From positions 288,001 through 352,000 of the forward strand of contig CBDCXV010000011.1 of NCBI GenBank assembly GCA_965223905.1: a stretch of 64,000 nt of DNA, in the 5' to 3' direction. The notes under the pieces are model-generated. The model saw only the letters and a list, made by a program, of their open reading frames with translations. It made no database searches and was not told the DNA's origin. Positions 22,344 to 33,736 of this stretch are shown piece after piece. Position 1 is the first letter of the stretch. Each line of letters begins with the position of its first letter. Source of the stretch: Candidatus Latescibacterota bacterium. GTDB taxonomy: Bacteria; Latescibacterota; UBA2968; UBA8231. A program made the position numbers and the translations under genes.

Positions 22344-22701
22344 CTCCTTTGAAACCTCCTCTTCTCAAGCAAGCCTGTGCCAACCTGACCATCGAAGGGC
22401 TTGCCGTGACAGCGGTGAAAGTCGCTCCAAAACCGAGGTCGGGCAATCGATTCCGGGATACAGTATCCCACTCAGAAAGACAAAAGGCTGACCAATTCCA
22501 GCCGGTCCGGGATACTTCCGGAGGTCCGCAAGAAAGTGAGCCGGAACTCCGTCGTCTTCCCTAATTTAACGGCTTTGTTGCCTTGCGGACGGCCGCCGTG
22601 GGGGAAGCGATGGAAACCGTGGTCGCCTCCCCTGGCAGGGCTGTCCGGGGGTCGTTATCATTGACCCCTCCTGTCTTCCGTCAACGGAAAACTTCTGTAA
22701 A

Positions 22702-24159
22702 ATGTCCACGACCCCGGTCCTTGTCGGTCTTTGCCTCTACCTGCTGTTGATGCTGGCAATCGGCCTGTGGGCCAGCCGGCGGATCGCAGCCTCGGCGGAC
22801 TACATAGTCGCCGGCAAGCGTTTGTCCCTCCTGCTGGCGACCGGAACCCTTGCGGCCACCTGGTTCGGGGGGGGACTCTGCATCGGGGCGGCCAGCGCTG
22901 CCTATTCGGGCGGTTTCCTGGCAGTCATTGCCGATCCCTTCGGCGCGGCGCTGTGCCTTTTTCTTGCCGGCCTCTTCTACGTGCGCCTGCTGCGGCGCAT
23001 GGGCCTGATGACGATCGCTTCCTTTTTCACCAGCCGTTTCGACGGCCGCGCGGGATTGCTGGCGAGCCTGTGCACCATCCCCGCGTACGTCGGCTGGGTC
23101 GCCTCGTTGATGGTGGCCTTCGGCAGGGTGCTGCAGTCCCTGACCGGTATGGATCCCACGACCGGCATCCTGCTGGCCGCGGCGGTGGTGTTGGTCTACA
23201 CCTGGGCCGGGGGAATGTGGGCTGTCACCCTGACCGATTTCGTCCAGCTGACCATCCTGATCGCGGGGATGCTGATCATTACGCCGATGCTGCTGGCGGA
23301 CATGGGCGGCTGGTCCACCATCGCCGCGCGCATCCCCGAAGAGAGGTTCCACCTGTACCCGCGGGATGCCGGTGCTTCCGGCTGGTTCGCCTATGCCCGC
23401 GATTGGCTGGTGATCGGCCTGGGCAACCTCGCCGGGCAGGATCTGGTGCAGCGCTCCCTCTCCAGCCGCGACGAAAAGGTCGCCTGCCGCAGCGCCTACC
23501 TCGCCTGCCTGATCTACGCAACTATCGGACTGTTGCCGGTGCTCCTCGGGATGGCGGGATCGGTCATCCTTCCCGGCCTCGCCGAACCCGACCTCGTGAT
23601 GATGGAGCTCGCTTCCAGGTATCTGCCCACAGCGGCGCTGGTGTTGTTCGCCGGCGCCCTCGTCTCCGCCCTGCTTAGCAGCGCCGACAGCGCCCTGCTC
23701 GCCCCGGCCAGCGTGATCGGCTGGGACGTGGTCCGTTTCTTCAACCCCAACGCGCAGGAGAAGACGTCCCTCCGCATCGCCCGCATTTCGGTCCTGCTGC
23801 TCGGGGTATTCTCCCTGGCACTCGCCCTCCACAAGACCTCGGTCTACGACTTGATGGTCGACTCCTGGTCGGTGCTGCTCGCCACGTTGTTCGTGCCCCT
23901 CACCGGGGGCCTCTGGTGGTCGCGAGCCAACGCCACGGGGGCACTGGCGGCGATCGCTGTCGGCTTGGTCTCCTGGCTGTTGTTCGTCTTCTTGCTGCCG
24001 CAGCTGCCCGGTGACCTGCTCGCCGTGCCTTTCGCCGCCGCTGCGCTCGTTGCCGGCAGCCTTGCCGGTTCGCAGCCTCCACGCCCCCTGACCGACGCCG
24101 AAGGCCGTGTTCTCCCTCCGGGGAACCGACTGGGATTGCCCTTCGGCAATTGGCAATGA
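22702..24159 (+). CDS. Sodium:solute symporter family protein
   Basis: Multi-TM; DYIVAGKRL, YTWAGGMWAVTLTD and ALLSSADS. Confidence 0.93.
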   Translation: MSTTPVLVGLCLYLLLMLAIGLWASRRIAASADYIVAGKRLSLLLATGTLAATWFGGGLCIGAASAAYSGGFLAVIADPFGAALCLFLAGLFYVRLLRRMGLMTIASFFTSRFDGRAGLLASLCTIPAYVGWVASLMVAFGRVLQSLTGMDPTTGILLAAAVVLVYTWAGGMWAVTLTDFVQLTILIAGMLIITPMLLADMGGWSTIAARIPEERFHLYPRDAGASGWFAYARDWLVIGLGNLAGQDLVQRSLSSRDEKVACRSAYLACLIYATIGLLPVLLGMAGSVILPGLAEPDLVMMELASRYLPTAALVLFAGALVSALLSSADSALLAPASVIGWDVVRFFNPNAQEKTSLRIARISVLLLGVFSLALALHKTSVYDLMVDSWSVLLATLFVPLTGGLWWSRANATGALAAIAVGLVSWLLFVFLLPQLPGDLLAVPFAAAALVAGSLAGSQPPRPLTDAEGRVLPPGNRLGLPFGNWQ

Positions 24160-24284
24160 TCCGCGTTTCCCAAAGGCCGGCACGGACCGGTTCTTTTCGG
24201 GAACAAAACCGCTCCGCAAAATTCATAAAGCTGGTCCGTCGCGGAGGCGGACCATAATCCCACAAAGGAGGAATCGCCTGACGC

Positions 24285-25187
24285 ATGTTTGGCAGGACAT
24301 ACCCGACGTTCACTCGCGCTTGGCCGGCGGCTGTCTCCATGGCGGTGGCCCTATTGTCACTTACCCGTTGCGCTCCAGACCCGGAAATCATTTCAGGGGA
24401 CGGTGCAACGATGCTGCTCATCCCGGAAGGGAAATTCACCATGGGTGCGGAAGAGGGGGAGCTCGCGGATTTCGAAATGGGCAGGTACCTCAATTATGAA
24501 GCGGAGCGCCCTTCCCGGCGAGTTTCATTGGCCAGCTTCTACATCGATCGCCACGAGGTGACCAACGCTCGTTACCGCAAGTTTCTCGCCCACGTGAAGG
24601 CGTCCGGCGACGAGGCCTTTCGGCATTCCGAGCAGCCGGATGGATCGGATTACAACCAGGATCTGATGACGGAAGATCTCGCCGGCGACGACCAACCGGC
24701 CGTGTGCGTGTCCTGGTACAACGCTTATGCCTATTGCCAATGGGCAGGCAAACGCCTGCCTACCGAAGCGGAGTGGGAGTACGCTGCCCGGGGGGGAGAT
24801 CCCTACAGGAAGTATCCCTGGGGAGGGGGAGAACCGGACGACGATGGCATCTGGTGGGCGAACTACCTGCCGGCTCGAGGACGCGGCGCCGACGGGTACC
24901 GTCTTTCGGCGCCCGTCGGGTCCTTTCCCGACGGCGTCAGTCCCTTCGGCCTTCTCGACATGGCGGGAAACGTCGAGGAGTGGGTCCAAGACTGGCACGA
25001 CCCCTATTATTTTCGACGCACCAAGGAACACCGGAATCCCACCGGACCCGCAAGGGGGCGCAACAAGGTCATCAAGGGAGGTTCGTACGGAACCGACAAA
25101 TGGCACATCCGCGTCGCCACCCGCCTGTTCGGGAGACCTGCGGACCGCAGCGTGCAGCTTGGATTCCGCTGCGCCAGCGATCTGTAA
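24285..25187 (+). CDS. SUMF1/FGE-sulfatase domain protein
   Basis: FTMG, EVTNARY, RLPTEAEWEYAARG, DMAGNVEEW and GFRCA. Confidence 0.92.
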   Translation: MFGRTYPTFTRAWPAAVSMAVALLSLTRCAPDPEIISGDGATMLLIPEGKFTMGAEEGELADFEMGRYLNYEAERPSRRVSLASFYIDRHEVTNARYRKFLAHVKASGDEAFRHSEQPDGSDYNQDLMTEDLAGDDQPAVCVSWYNAYAYCQWAGKRLPTEAEWEYAARGGDPYRKYPWGGGEPDDDGIWWANYLPARGRGADGYRLSAPVGSFPDGVSPFGLLDMAGNVEEWVQDWHDPYYFRRTKEHRNPTGPARGRNKVIKGGSYGTDKWHIRVATRLFGRPADRSVQLGFRCASDL

Positions 25188-25199
25188 GGCGAGGCTGCA

Positions 25200-25682
25200 G
25201 TGGGTGACGGGAACTTCGAGCCGCACCGTGTAGGGGTCATCGCCGATACCCATGGCTACTTCGATCCCCGGATTCCCAACCTGTTCGCATCGGTCGATCT
25301 GATTCTTCATGCCGGCGACGTCGGCGGGCTGGAGATCCTGCGCAAGCTCGCCGAGATAGCGCCGGTCGTAGCGGTCCGGGGCAACGTCGATCCGGGAACC
25401 GATTGCGGAGATCTCCCCGAAGCCGCCTGGGTCAGCATCGGCAAGCTCGACATCTATATGACCCACATACTCACCCCTCCCAGCGCGGATTCACCCCCGC
25501 CCGTCGAGGCGCGCCTGGTTCTCTTCGGGCACAGTCACAGGCAGCACCTTTCGGAACGCGTCGGGACCTTGTATTTCAACCCCGCGAGCGCCGGCAGGAA
25601 GCGGTTCGCAAATCCTCGCTCGGTCGGCATGCTGGAGCTTGCCGGCGAGGAGGTGACCGCGACCTTCCTGTCTCTGGAATAG
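25200..25682 (+). CDS. YfcE-like metallophosphoesterase
   Basis: ADTHG, HAGD, RGNVD, GHSH and FNPAS. Confidence 0.9.
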   Translation: MGDGNFEPHRVGVIADTHGYFDPRIPNLFASVDLILHAGDVGGLEILRKLAEIAPVVAVRGNVDPGTDCGDLPEAAWVSIGKLDIYMTHILTPPSADSPPPVEARLVLFGHSHRQHLSERVGTLYFNPASAGRKRFANPRSVGMLELAGEEVTATFLSLE

Positions 25683-25809
25683 CCGGTAATTCAGCAGGGC
25701 GGAGAAATGGGTTGACAGCACCCCTTCTGCAGCAATAACTAGTTCCCGCCGGCAACGCCGTCCGGCCAGCGGAACAACAACTGCAACACTAGCGAACGAG
25801 GAAACGACG

Positions 25810-27219
25810 ATGAAAATGCACGTAGGAGGCAGATGGATCGACAAAGCCGAGAAGATCGAAGTCCTGAACCCCTTCGATGGTTCCGTGGTGGACACGGTGC
25901 CGAAGGGAGACGCTGCCGACGTCGACGCGGCGATTACCGCCGCCGCAGAAGGGGCCAGGATCATGGGCGCGATGCCGGCGTACGAGCGGTATCAGATTCT
26001 GCACAAGGCTTCGGAACTGATGACCGAGCGCCTCGAGGATCTGGCGCGCACGATCACCATGGAAGAGGGCAAGGTGATTTCCGAGGGCCGCATGGAAGCG
26101 GCGCGCGCCACCGAGACCATCACCCTGTCGGCTGAAGAGGCGAAGCGCCTTACAGGAGAAGTCCTCCAACTCGACGGTGCCTCGAACGGTGCCGGCAAAT
26201 TCGGGTTTACGATCCGCATTCCGGTCGGTATCGTCGCCGCGGTCACGCCGTTCAACTTCCCCCTCAACCTCGTCTGTCACAAGGTCGGTCCGGCGTTGGC
26301 CGCCGGAAACGCCGTCGTCGTCAAGCCGGCCACCGACACCCCGCTGTCGGCGCTGAAGTTGACGGAAATCCTGCTGGAGGCCGGGGTGCCCAGCGAGGCA
26401 ATTCAGTGTGTGACAGGGTCGGGCGGCGTAATTGGGGACGCGATCTCCCGCGACCCGCGGGTGCGCAAGATTTCGTTCACCGGCAGCCGCGACGTCGGCG
26501 AACACATCTGCCGCCAGGCAGGGATCAAGAAAGTCACCATGGAACTCGGTTCGAACGCGCCTGTTATCGTCATGGACGACGCCGATCTCGACAAGGTCAC
26601 CGACGCCATGGCGATGACCGGTTTCGCCAACGCCGGACAGGTCTGCATCTCGTCTCAGCGCGTTCTCGTCGACGACGGGGTGTACGGCGACGTCATCGAT
26701 TCGCTGAAGCCGAAGGTGGAGGGCCTGCAGACCGGCGACCCGCTGGAGGATTCGATGAAGATGGGGCCGATGATTCGCGAGTCGGATGCCGCCCGCGTCA
26801 ACGAGTGGATCCACGAGGCCGTGGGAGCGGGAGCGACGCTGGTCACCGGGGGTGAGCGGACCGGCACGCTTCACCAGCCGACCATCGTCGCCGACGTGAA
26901 ACCGGAAATGCGCATCTCCAGCGATGAGCTGTTCGGTCCTGCGGTCGCCCTCACCCGGGTCGACGACATCGACAAGGCGATCGCCATGGCCAACGACAGC
27001 AACTACGGCCTCAGCGCCTCGATATTCACCGAGAACGTCAACCGCGCCATGAGGTTTGCGAGGGAAGTGCACTCCGGAAACCTCCACATCAACTTCGGCA
27101 CTGTCTGGCGTGCGGACATGATGCCGTACGGCGGGGTCAAGGACAGCGGCATGGGCAAGGAGGGTCCGAAGTACGCCGTGGAAGAAATGACGGAAACCAA
27201 GATGGTGGTATTCCACTAG
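25810..27219 (+). CDS. Aldehyde dehydrogenase
   Basis: PFNFP, FTGS, MELGSN, GQVCIS, ELFGP and PYGGVKDSG. Confidence 0.96.
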   Translation: MKMHVGGRWIDKAEKIEVLNPFDGSVVDTVPKGDAADVDAAITAAAEGARIMGAMPAYERYQILHKASELMTERLEDLARTITMEEGKVISEGRMEAARATETITLSAEEAKRLTGEVLQLDGASNGAGKFGFTIRIPVGIVAAVTPFNFPLNLVCHKVGPALAAGNAVVVKPATDTPLSALKLTEILLEAGVPSEAIQCVTGSGGVIGDAISRDPRVRKISFTGSRDVGEHICRQAGIKKVTMELGSNAPVIVMDDADLDKVTDAMAMTGFANAGQVCISSQRVLVDDGVYGDVIDSLKPKVEGLQTGDPLEDSMKMGPMIRESDAARVNEWIHEAVGAGATLVTGGERTGTLHQPTIVADVKPEMRISSDELFGPAVALTRVDDIDKAIAMANDSNYGLSASIFTENVNRAMRFAREVHSGNLHINFGTVWRADMMPYGGVKDSGMGKEGPKYAVEEMTETKMVVFH

Positions 27220-27352
27220 CGAAAACGGGCCTGGGGGTGGTGGTTGCGCCGCGAGGCCAGGGGAAGACAGCCCACCCGTAGTGTTCCAGGGCCAGGCTCA
27301 ATGCCTGCAGGCCGGACGCAGATGCTTCGAGCATTCGCGGGGCGGGCGCGGT

Positions 27353-27387
27353 AAGGGGGCTCCTTTTCAGGAGCCCCCTTTTTTTTT
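27353..27387 (+). terminator. Intrinsic terminator after the aldehyde dehydrogenase gene
   Basis: AAGGGGGCTCCT-TTTC-AGGAGCCCCCTT followed by a T-run. Confidence 0.85.
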
Positions 27388-27391
27388 GGAA

Positions 27392-28236
27392 TCAGGCTCC
27401 CGCCCTTCGCAGGAAGGCGGTTCGCAATCGCCTGGCAAGCGGCCTGGGACGGCCGCATCCGATAGTCGCGCCGTCGATCGCGACTACCGGCATCACCTCG
27501 GTTGCGGTGCCGCAGAGGAAAACTTCGTCGGCGTCCAGGTACTCGGCGAGATCGCACGACTCCTCGCGGACCGGTATCTACAGCTCGCCCGCCAATTCGA
27601 GGATGACTTCACGGGTTATCCCTGGAAGGATGTGCGGCCCCTGAGGCGTCGTTTTCAGAAACGCACCGATCACGCAGAACGAACTCGTCGACGCCCCTTC
27701 CGTCACCCTTCCCGCGCCGTCGATCAGCAACACCTCGAAGGCGCCCGCGGCCGCGGCCTCCTGCTTGGCCAGGACGTTGGGCAGCAGGGACACGCTCTTG
27801 ATATCGCACCGTTTCCAGCGCAGATCTTCCAGAGTGATAGTGCGGACGCCGCTTTTCCAGAGGTTGGGGTTAGGCCGCAGGCATTCCTGAAGGTCATGAC
27901 TACAGTTGGGGCGATTCCCGGGGGAAACTCGTGCTTTCGCGGAGCGACTCCCCTGCTGATCTGGATGTAAATCAGGGTCTCTGGGAATCCAGGGCGCTCG
28001 ATCCCCGAGGCAATCGACCTGGCAACCCTTTGCCCGGCGACGTCGTACTCGATTCCCAGCACGTCGAGACTGCTCTGCAGGCGTTCGAGGTGTCGGTCCA
28101 TCTCGAACGCAATTCCGCCGTAGGTCGCCATGACCTCGTACACGGCGTCGGCAAACTGAAAGCCGCGATCTTCGACCGGCACCACGGCCTTCTCGACAGG
28201 AAGAAACGCCCCGTTGACGAAAGCGAGTTCGGGCAC
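27392..28236 (-). pseudogene. Class IV aminotransferase (D-amino-acid transaminase-like), disrupted
   Basis: EDRGFQFADAVYE; frameshift near 27880; DIKSVSLLPN, EGAST and ILPGITR; in-frame TAG at 27578-27580; continues ADEVFLCGT to the stop at 27392. Confidence 0.85.
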
Positions 28237-28264
28237 GGTCGGGGAAGTAAGGGGACTGCTGCTT

Positions 28265-29029
28265 TCAGGAGGGTTGGAGCGCCGTCCAGAGAGCGCGGTA
28301 ATACCGCATCAGGCGCAGGGCGTCCGGGCTCTCGGGAATTTCGGCCAGACAGAACCCCTTGTAGCCCGATTCCGACAGCAGTTCGAACAGCCGTCGCCAG
28401 GGGTAGTCGTTCCAGAGTTCGGTGATGTGGACGAGGCGGATTTCCTCCTGCAGCAGGCCGAAATTCCGGTCGATCGACCCGTCCTCCACGTCCTGGGGGT
28501 TCGAATTCCAGCATACGAACAGATTGTCCGAGCCGGCGTAGTCGAGGATGGCGCGAATGTTCCGGGGCTCGCAGGTGACCGGTCCGTGCACCTCGAGTCT
28601 TATTTCGATGCCGGCGTCGCCGGCGAAACCGGCACATTCCGCGAGGGCCTGGCCGATCTGCTCGAACGTCCGCTCCCGCGGCACGCCTTCCTCGTCGTGA
28701 ACGCGGTTCGGTCTCACCTTGACGCCCGCAGCGCCAAGGTCGGCTGCCAGGCGGACGTACTCCTTGGTGCCCTCGATGTTGCGGCGCACCTCTCCGGGGT
28801 CGACGGCGTCGTACTCGAAGGCGGACCCCAGTCCGGCCAGCTCCACCCCGGAATCCTCGAAACGGGCGCGGACCTCCGCACGCTCCGCAGCCGAAAGCCC
28901 GACCTCGACTCCGTGGGCATGGGTGGTGCGCAGCTCGACCCCCTCGAAGCCGGTCGCCTCGCAGTTGGCGATAATCGTGTCCACGTCCCAGTCCCTGGCC
29001 AGTTTGTAGGTCACGAGACCCAACCGCAT
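28265..29029 (-). CDS. Sugar phosphate isomerase/epimerase (TIM barrel)
   Basis: GFEGVEL, IRLEVHG and VHITE motifs. Confidence 0.85.
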   Translation of the reverse strand: MRLGLVTYKLARDWDVDTIIANCEATGFEGVELRTTHAHGVEVGLSAAERAEVRARFEDSGVELAGLGSAFEYDAVDPGEVRRNIEGTKEYVRLAADLGAAGVKVRPNRVHDEEGVPRERTFEQIGQALAECAGFAGDAGIEIRLEVHGPVTCEPRNIRAILDYAGSDNLFVCWNSNPQDVEDGSIDRNFGLLQEEIRLVHITELWNDYPWRRLFELLSESGYKGFCLAEIPESPDALRLMRYYRALWTALQPS

Positions 29030-29166
29030 TTCACCCTACCTCCATTGAAAAGTCCGTTGCGAAAATCCCCTTCTCTTGCTCCATCCGGGCATCCATGGCC
29101 AGCCAACCGACGTCGAGCGCAGACCGCATGCAACAGCTGTTCTCTGCCCCTGCTCATGAACGGCCC

Positions 29167-29823
29167 TCAGACTATCCGGAGCAACCAGCGAACGGCGTTG
29201 TGCAACAGCAGCTGCACCATCGGGTGCTGCAGGACTTCCAGGGTGTGGCCGTTGGCCAGGTAGGCGACGCGCCCTTTTCCATACTCGTACGCCCAGCCTG
29301 CGGGCGATTCCCTGCCATCTCTCCCGATGCTTTTCAAGAGCAGGTTAACGCGCTCGAAGTCGAACCACAGGAAGTGCTGCTCGTCGATGATCTCGAAATC
29401 CGAGACGCCTGCGGTGATGGGGTGGTCGCGCTGGACGACGCCAACGTCGAACGGCAAAACCGGAGGATGCCCCTGGTAATAGCCGCCCAGGACCCGCCGG
29501 TAGGGCCCGCTCCAGGGATAGGCCCACCCGGAATTGTGAAGGGGCAGGAAGCCGCCGCCCCTTCGCACGAAGGCCGCCACAGCCGCTTCCTGATCGGGCT
29601 GCATCCAGATTTCGTACGGCTCCTCGTACCCGTTGGGCCATTCCATGCCGTCACGGAGAATGGCGAGAAGCCGCTTGCCCTCGAGGTGCTCGTTATCCAG
29701 GCTCTTGAAATCGGTTGTGTACTCGATGTCGAGGCTGGACGACTCGAGGGCAGGTCCGACCCCTGCGAAGGCATCCTCTGCCCTGTGGTATCGATCTCCT
29801 GCCAACAATATCGCGTCTGCCAT
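29167..29823 (-). CDS. ThuA-like domain protein
   Basis: FVRRGGGFLPLH, HPITAG, DEQH and GKGRVAYLANGH. Confidence 0.85.
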   Translation of the reverse strand: MADAILLAGDRYHRAEDAFAGVGPALESSSLDIEYTTDFKSLDNEHLEGKRLLAILRDGMEWPNGYEEPYEIWMQPDQEAAVAAFVRRGGGFLPLHNSGWAYPWSGPYRRVLGGYYQGHPPVLPFDVGVVQRDHPITAGVSDFEIIDEQHFLWFDFERVNLLLKSIGRDGRESPAGWAYEYGKGRVAYLANGHTLEVLQHPMVQLLLHNAVRWLLRIV

Positions 29824-30001
29824 GGTGGTATTGGCCTGCTCCGTCGAAGGATGGATATCTTACGTTATTCGCGCGTCTTTTCAACATGCCCGGCCCCCAG
29901 ACCGGGAACCGATACCGGATTCAGTGCTTAATCCTGAGGCAACCTTGGGACTCATCCACCGATACTTCCTGCCTGTTCTCTCTGATCAAGGGCAATTCCC
30001 C

Positions 30002-30682
30002 GTGCAATGGACAAGGTGTTTAAAACCCGCTGTCGAGATCGGTACCGTAGCTGCATTGGTTTTTTTCGTAGCTCCCTCCTGTAAGCCGTCACTCAGGCAT
30101 GCCGACCTCTCCGGCAAAGACCTTGGACTAACGCATTCACCCGGGGAGCTCAGAGGCCGCGATCTCAGACATGCAGATCTCACCGGAGCCGTTCTCAACC
30201 GATTCGACCTGTCTGGGGCCAATCTGTCACAGGCGTATCTCGAAAGGACCGGATTGAGGGGAGCCAATCTCACGCGATGCCGGCTCCAGGGTGCGGTTCT
30301 CCAGGACGCGGATCTGCGCGAGGCCGTGCTTGTGCGCGCAAACCTGCGGGGAGCGGACCTCTACCTTGCGAGAATGGCCGGTGCCGTGTTGCGCGAGGCC
30401 ACCGTCAGCAACTGCTACCTCAACGGAGCGGATCTGCGGCGGGCTGACCTGTCGTACGCCGACTTGCGCGGGAGCAAACTCTACACCTCCAACCTCGGTG
30501 AGGCCAGGCTGGAGTACTCCCTGCTCTCCGGTACGGATTTCACCGGAGCAATCCTCAACAACACCCGCTTCTACGGGGCGGCGTACGACGCCACCACCAT
30601 ACTGCCCTTCAGCCGCGATGAGGCAAAGGCCCGAGGCATGGTGTACGAAGGAACCGAACGGGGAGGTTTTATCCAGAGGTGA
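30002..30682 (+). CDS. Pentapeptide-repeat protein, possibly a lipoprotein
   Basis: Many A(D/N)LxG units after a hydrophobic VAALVFFVAPSC segment. Start approximate. Confidence 0.85.
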   Translation: MQWTRCLKPAVEIGTVAALVFFVAPSCKPSLRHADLSGKDLGLTHSPGELRGRDLRHADLTGAVLNRFDLSGANLSQAYLERTGLRGANLTRCRLQGAVLQDADLREAVLVRANLRGADLYLARMAGAVLREATVSNCYLNGADLRRADLSYADLRGSKLYTSNLGEARLEYSLLSGTDFTGAILNNTRFYGAAYDATTILPFSRDEAKARGMVYEGTERGGFIQR

Positions 30683-30760
30683 TGATCGGGTGCTGCTCCA
30701 TCCGCATCGCGGGACCGGAGCAAAAGATGGGCGCGGCTCGAAGGGGTGCCCGACAGGACT

Positions 30761-31478
30761 CTATCCAACCAGGACAGCGAGAATCCCCGCGCCGCCGACC
30801 AGTGTCAAGGCGGCCGATCGGTAGGACCGTTCCGAAACGCGCCGCCTCAGGCCCAATCCGGCCAGAAAGCCCGCGGCGATTCCGGGAAAGGAACATGCGC
30901 TCATGGCAATCGCGGCGATTTCCAACAAGCCCCAGGTGCGGAAAAAAAGGGCGATCGAGAAATGCAGGATGAGGAAGTAGCCTATGAGATCCGCTCTCAA
31001 TGCTGCGTGCGGCCATCGCTGCTTGAGCCCCAAAAGCACCACTGGGGGGCCGGTCATTCCGCTGGCACCCCCCATCAAGCCGCTGAGCCCCGCAGATGGG
31101 CAGGGCGTTGCTCCTGAAGGGTTTCCCCGAATGCAGCGCCATCATCCCGGCCCCCGCCAAGGCCACCAGGCCCGTCGCAGTGCGCATCATGCCCGTGTCG
31201 AAGGTCGCTAGAACGTGAACACCCACGGGTACGCCGACCATGGCGCAGGCGTATAGACGCAATACGCGACCCGCGTTGATTGTGCGAAAACAGTTGACAG
31301 CCAGCAGCAAGGACAGTGGCAGCCAGCTGAGGACCACTACCGGCACAGCCTGGGCAGGGGGCAGAATCAGTATGGCTATCGGCGTTGCAATCATCGCAAA
31401 GCCGAACCCCGTCACCGACACGACCAGGGCGGCAAACGCGAAGAGGGAGTTGAGGATAATGGCGGTCGATAAGTCCAT
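30761..31478 (-). pseudogene. TauE/SafE (TSUP) sulfite exporter family, frameshifted near 31090
   Basis: VTGFGFAMIATP in the N-half; GGASGMTGPPVVL in a second frame. Confidence 0.8.
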
Positions 31479-31817
31479 AGGGACTGATGGGGAGTTGCGA
31501 GAGACTGCGCTCCGGCCCTCACTAAGCCGGTTCGCAGGACGTCGGAGTCGGCCTCCGGCCCAGTTGAAGCACGACTCCGGTAATCAGAAGCAAGTGAGAG
31601 ACCACGAGAGGTTTGGAGGCAGCTTTCGCCCAATGTACGCGGCGGGAATCGGGCTACAAACTGCCAGCCGGGTTTCTTTCAACGGCCTGCGTTCCCTATC
31701 CCCCCTCGTGGGGTGAATCGGCAAGCAAACGTCCCTGAATCGAGACGGATTCGGGGCGAGGGCCAGCCACGCGACGGGCTGTTGTTTCCAGCACGCAGGG
31801 CTGAACTTATTCCGCAT

Positions 31818-33580
31818 ATGAATGAGCATACCGAAACAGGCGGCCTTGCCAGGGCACGGGAGATCTCCCACACCCTGTATCCCCACCAGGTAGAAGGCCT
31901 GGCGTTCCTGCTCGGCCGCAGGCGCTCGATACTCGCCGACGACATGGGGCTGGGGAAGACGCGCCAGTCGATTCTCGGGTTGACCGAAGCCACCGACGGA
32001 GGACCGTACCTTATCGTCTGTCCGGCCTCGGTCAAGAGAAACTGGGTACGTGAGATCCTGATGGTTATTCCCGAAGCCGAGACGCATATCGCCGGCCCGG
32101 CTCCGGTACCCGAGCCGGGGTACTGCGGCTGGGTGGTCCTCAACTACGACATCCTTCACCGGCAGATCGACGCACTGCTTGCGCACGACTGGAAAGGGCT
32201 GGTGTTCGACGAAGCTCACTACCTCAAGAACCACCGCTCCATCCGCAGCCGCACGGCGACGCGCCTGATCTCCGAGGCCGCCTGCGACCCGGTCGTTCAC
32301 GCCCTTACCGGAACACCGCTGACCAACAGGCCCCGAGACCTGTTTCCCCTTCTCCAACTGGTCGACCACTCCCTAGGGCGCAGCTTCCTGTCCTTCTCGA
32401 AACGCTACTGCAACGGCCACAGGAATGACTACGGGTACTGGGAATCGTCCGGTGCCAGCAACGTACAGGAATTATCCGTGCAGCTTCACGGTACCATGCT
32501 GCGCCGCACCAAAGCGGAGGTTCTCGACCTTCCTTCCAAGGTGCGGACCTGGATCGACATCGACGTTCCCCAGCGCGCAGTCGACCGCATGAACGAGGCG
32601 GTCGGGCGGTTTCTCGGCCCCGATGCGGAGCGCGACCGGCGAGGCTACAGGATGGGATCGGCATGCTCCAGAGCGCCCGCCGAACCATGGCCGCGGTAAA
32701 GGCGAGGCAGACCCTCGAATTCGCCAGAGGAGCTGTCGAACAGGGTGAGAAGGTCCTTCTGTTCTCCGGGTTCGTGAATCCCATCGAGCGATTCGCCCGC
32801 CACTTCGGAAAGCAGGCCGTGGTAGTTTCGGGGGAGGTGCCGCAGTCCCGACGACAGACCCTCGTTGACCGCTTCCAGGAGGAGGAGGATGTTCGCGTGT
32901 ACGTCGGGCAAATCCACGCAGGGGGCATGGGGGTCAACCTGACTGCGGCCAACCAGGTGATCTTCAACGATCTCGACTGGGTCCCGGCCAATCACTTCCA
33001 GGCCGAAGACCGGGCTCACCGCATCGGACAGACCGGCACCGTCAACGTCACTTACATGATCGCTAGGGGTACGATCGAGGAATTCGTCCGCACGGTCCTG
33101 GAAACCAAGGCACAACTGGTCGACGACGTCGTCGAAGGTCGCTCCCTGGCCCCCGACCTCAACACCGACGTCCTCGCCGAACTCAAGCGAATGCTGAAGG
33201 TCCTTGGGCGGCACATGGAGACAGCCGGGGAGGACCTTTCCGCGGATGATCTGCTTCTTCGCATGCGGGAAGCGAGCGACGCCTATTTCGAGGACCAGGG
33301 TAGCCATTTTAAGCCGGGTCTTCGGGCGGCTCTCACCCCGGTATCGGACCAGGCGGTGCGCGCCCTGGGCAGTGTGCTGACGGGGCCGCGGCGACAGCTG
33401 TTCCGCGCCCGTAGCTCGCGCCAGGCAGGCCGCTTCTACAGGCTCGAAGTCGTCGGTTCTGACATCATCTGTGAGTGCAAGGGGTTTTCCTACCGCGGCG
33501 CCTGCACCCACGTTCGCGAGTTGAAGGCCTGCCTGGTCGCCGGCACGGAGCTGCCGGACGGCTTCGAGAGAAGCGAGTGA
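31818..33580 (+). CDS. SNF2-family helicase with C-terminal SWIM zinc finger (one frameshift near 32655)
   Basis: LADDMGLGKT, DEAH, LTGTP, QAEDRAHRIGQ and CECKGFSYRGACTH. The two ORFs join if one G is added to the GGG at 32654. Confidence 0.88.
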
Positions 33581-33736
33581 AGCGCTCTCCCCGAGGCTTC
33601 CATTAGACCCGGGAATGCGAACCAGGAAAATGCAAGGAGAATGCACGCCAGCGGCGGCCGCGTGCGCACGGCGCCGCACGACCGTTTGCCCCCGGCCAGG
33701 GGGCAACAATATCATGCGCTTCGGGAGACTCGAGAA

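Noticed and set aside
27578-27580. In-frame TAG as pyrrolysine or readthrough
   Set aside because: It falls at a non-catalytic position in a gene that is also frameshifted, and no pyl genes are visible.
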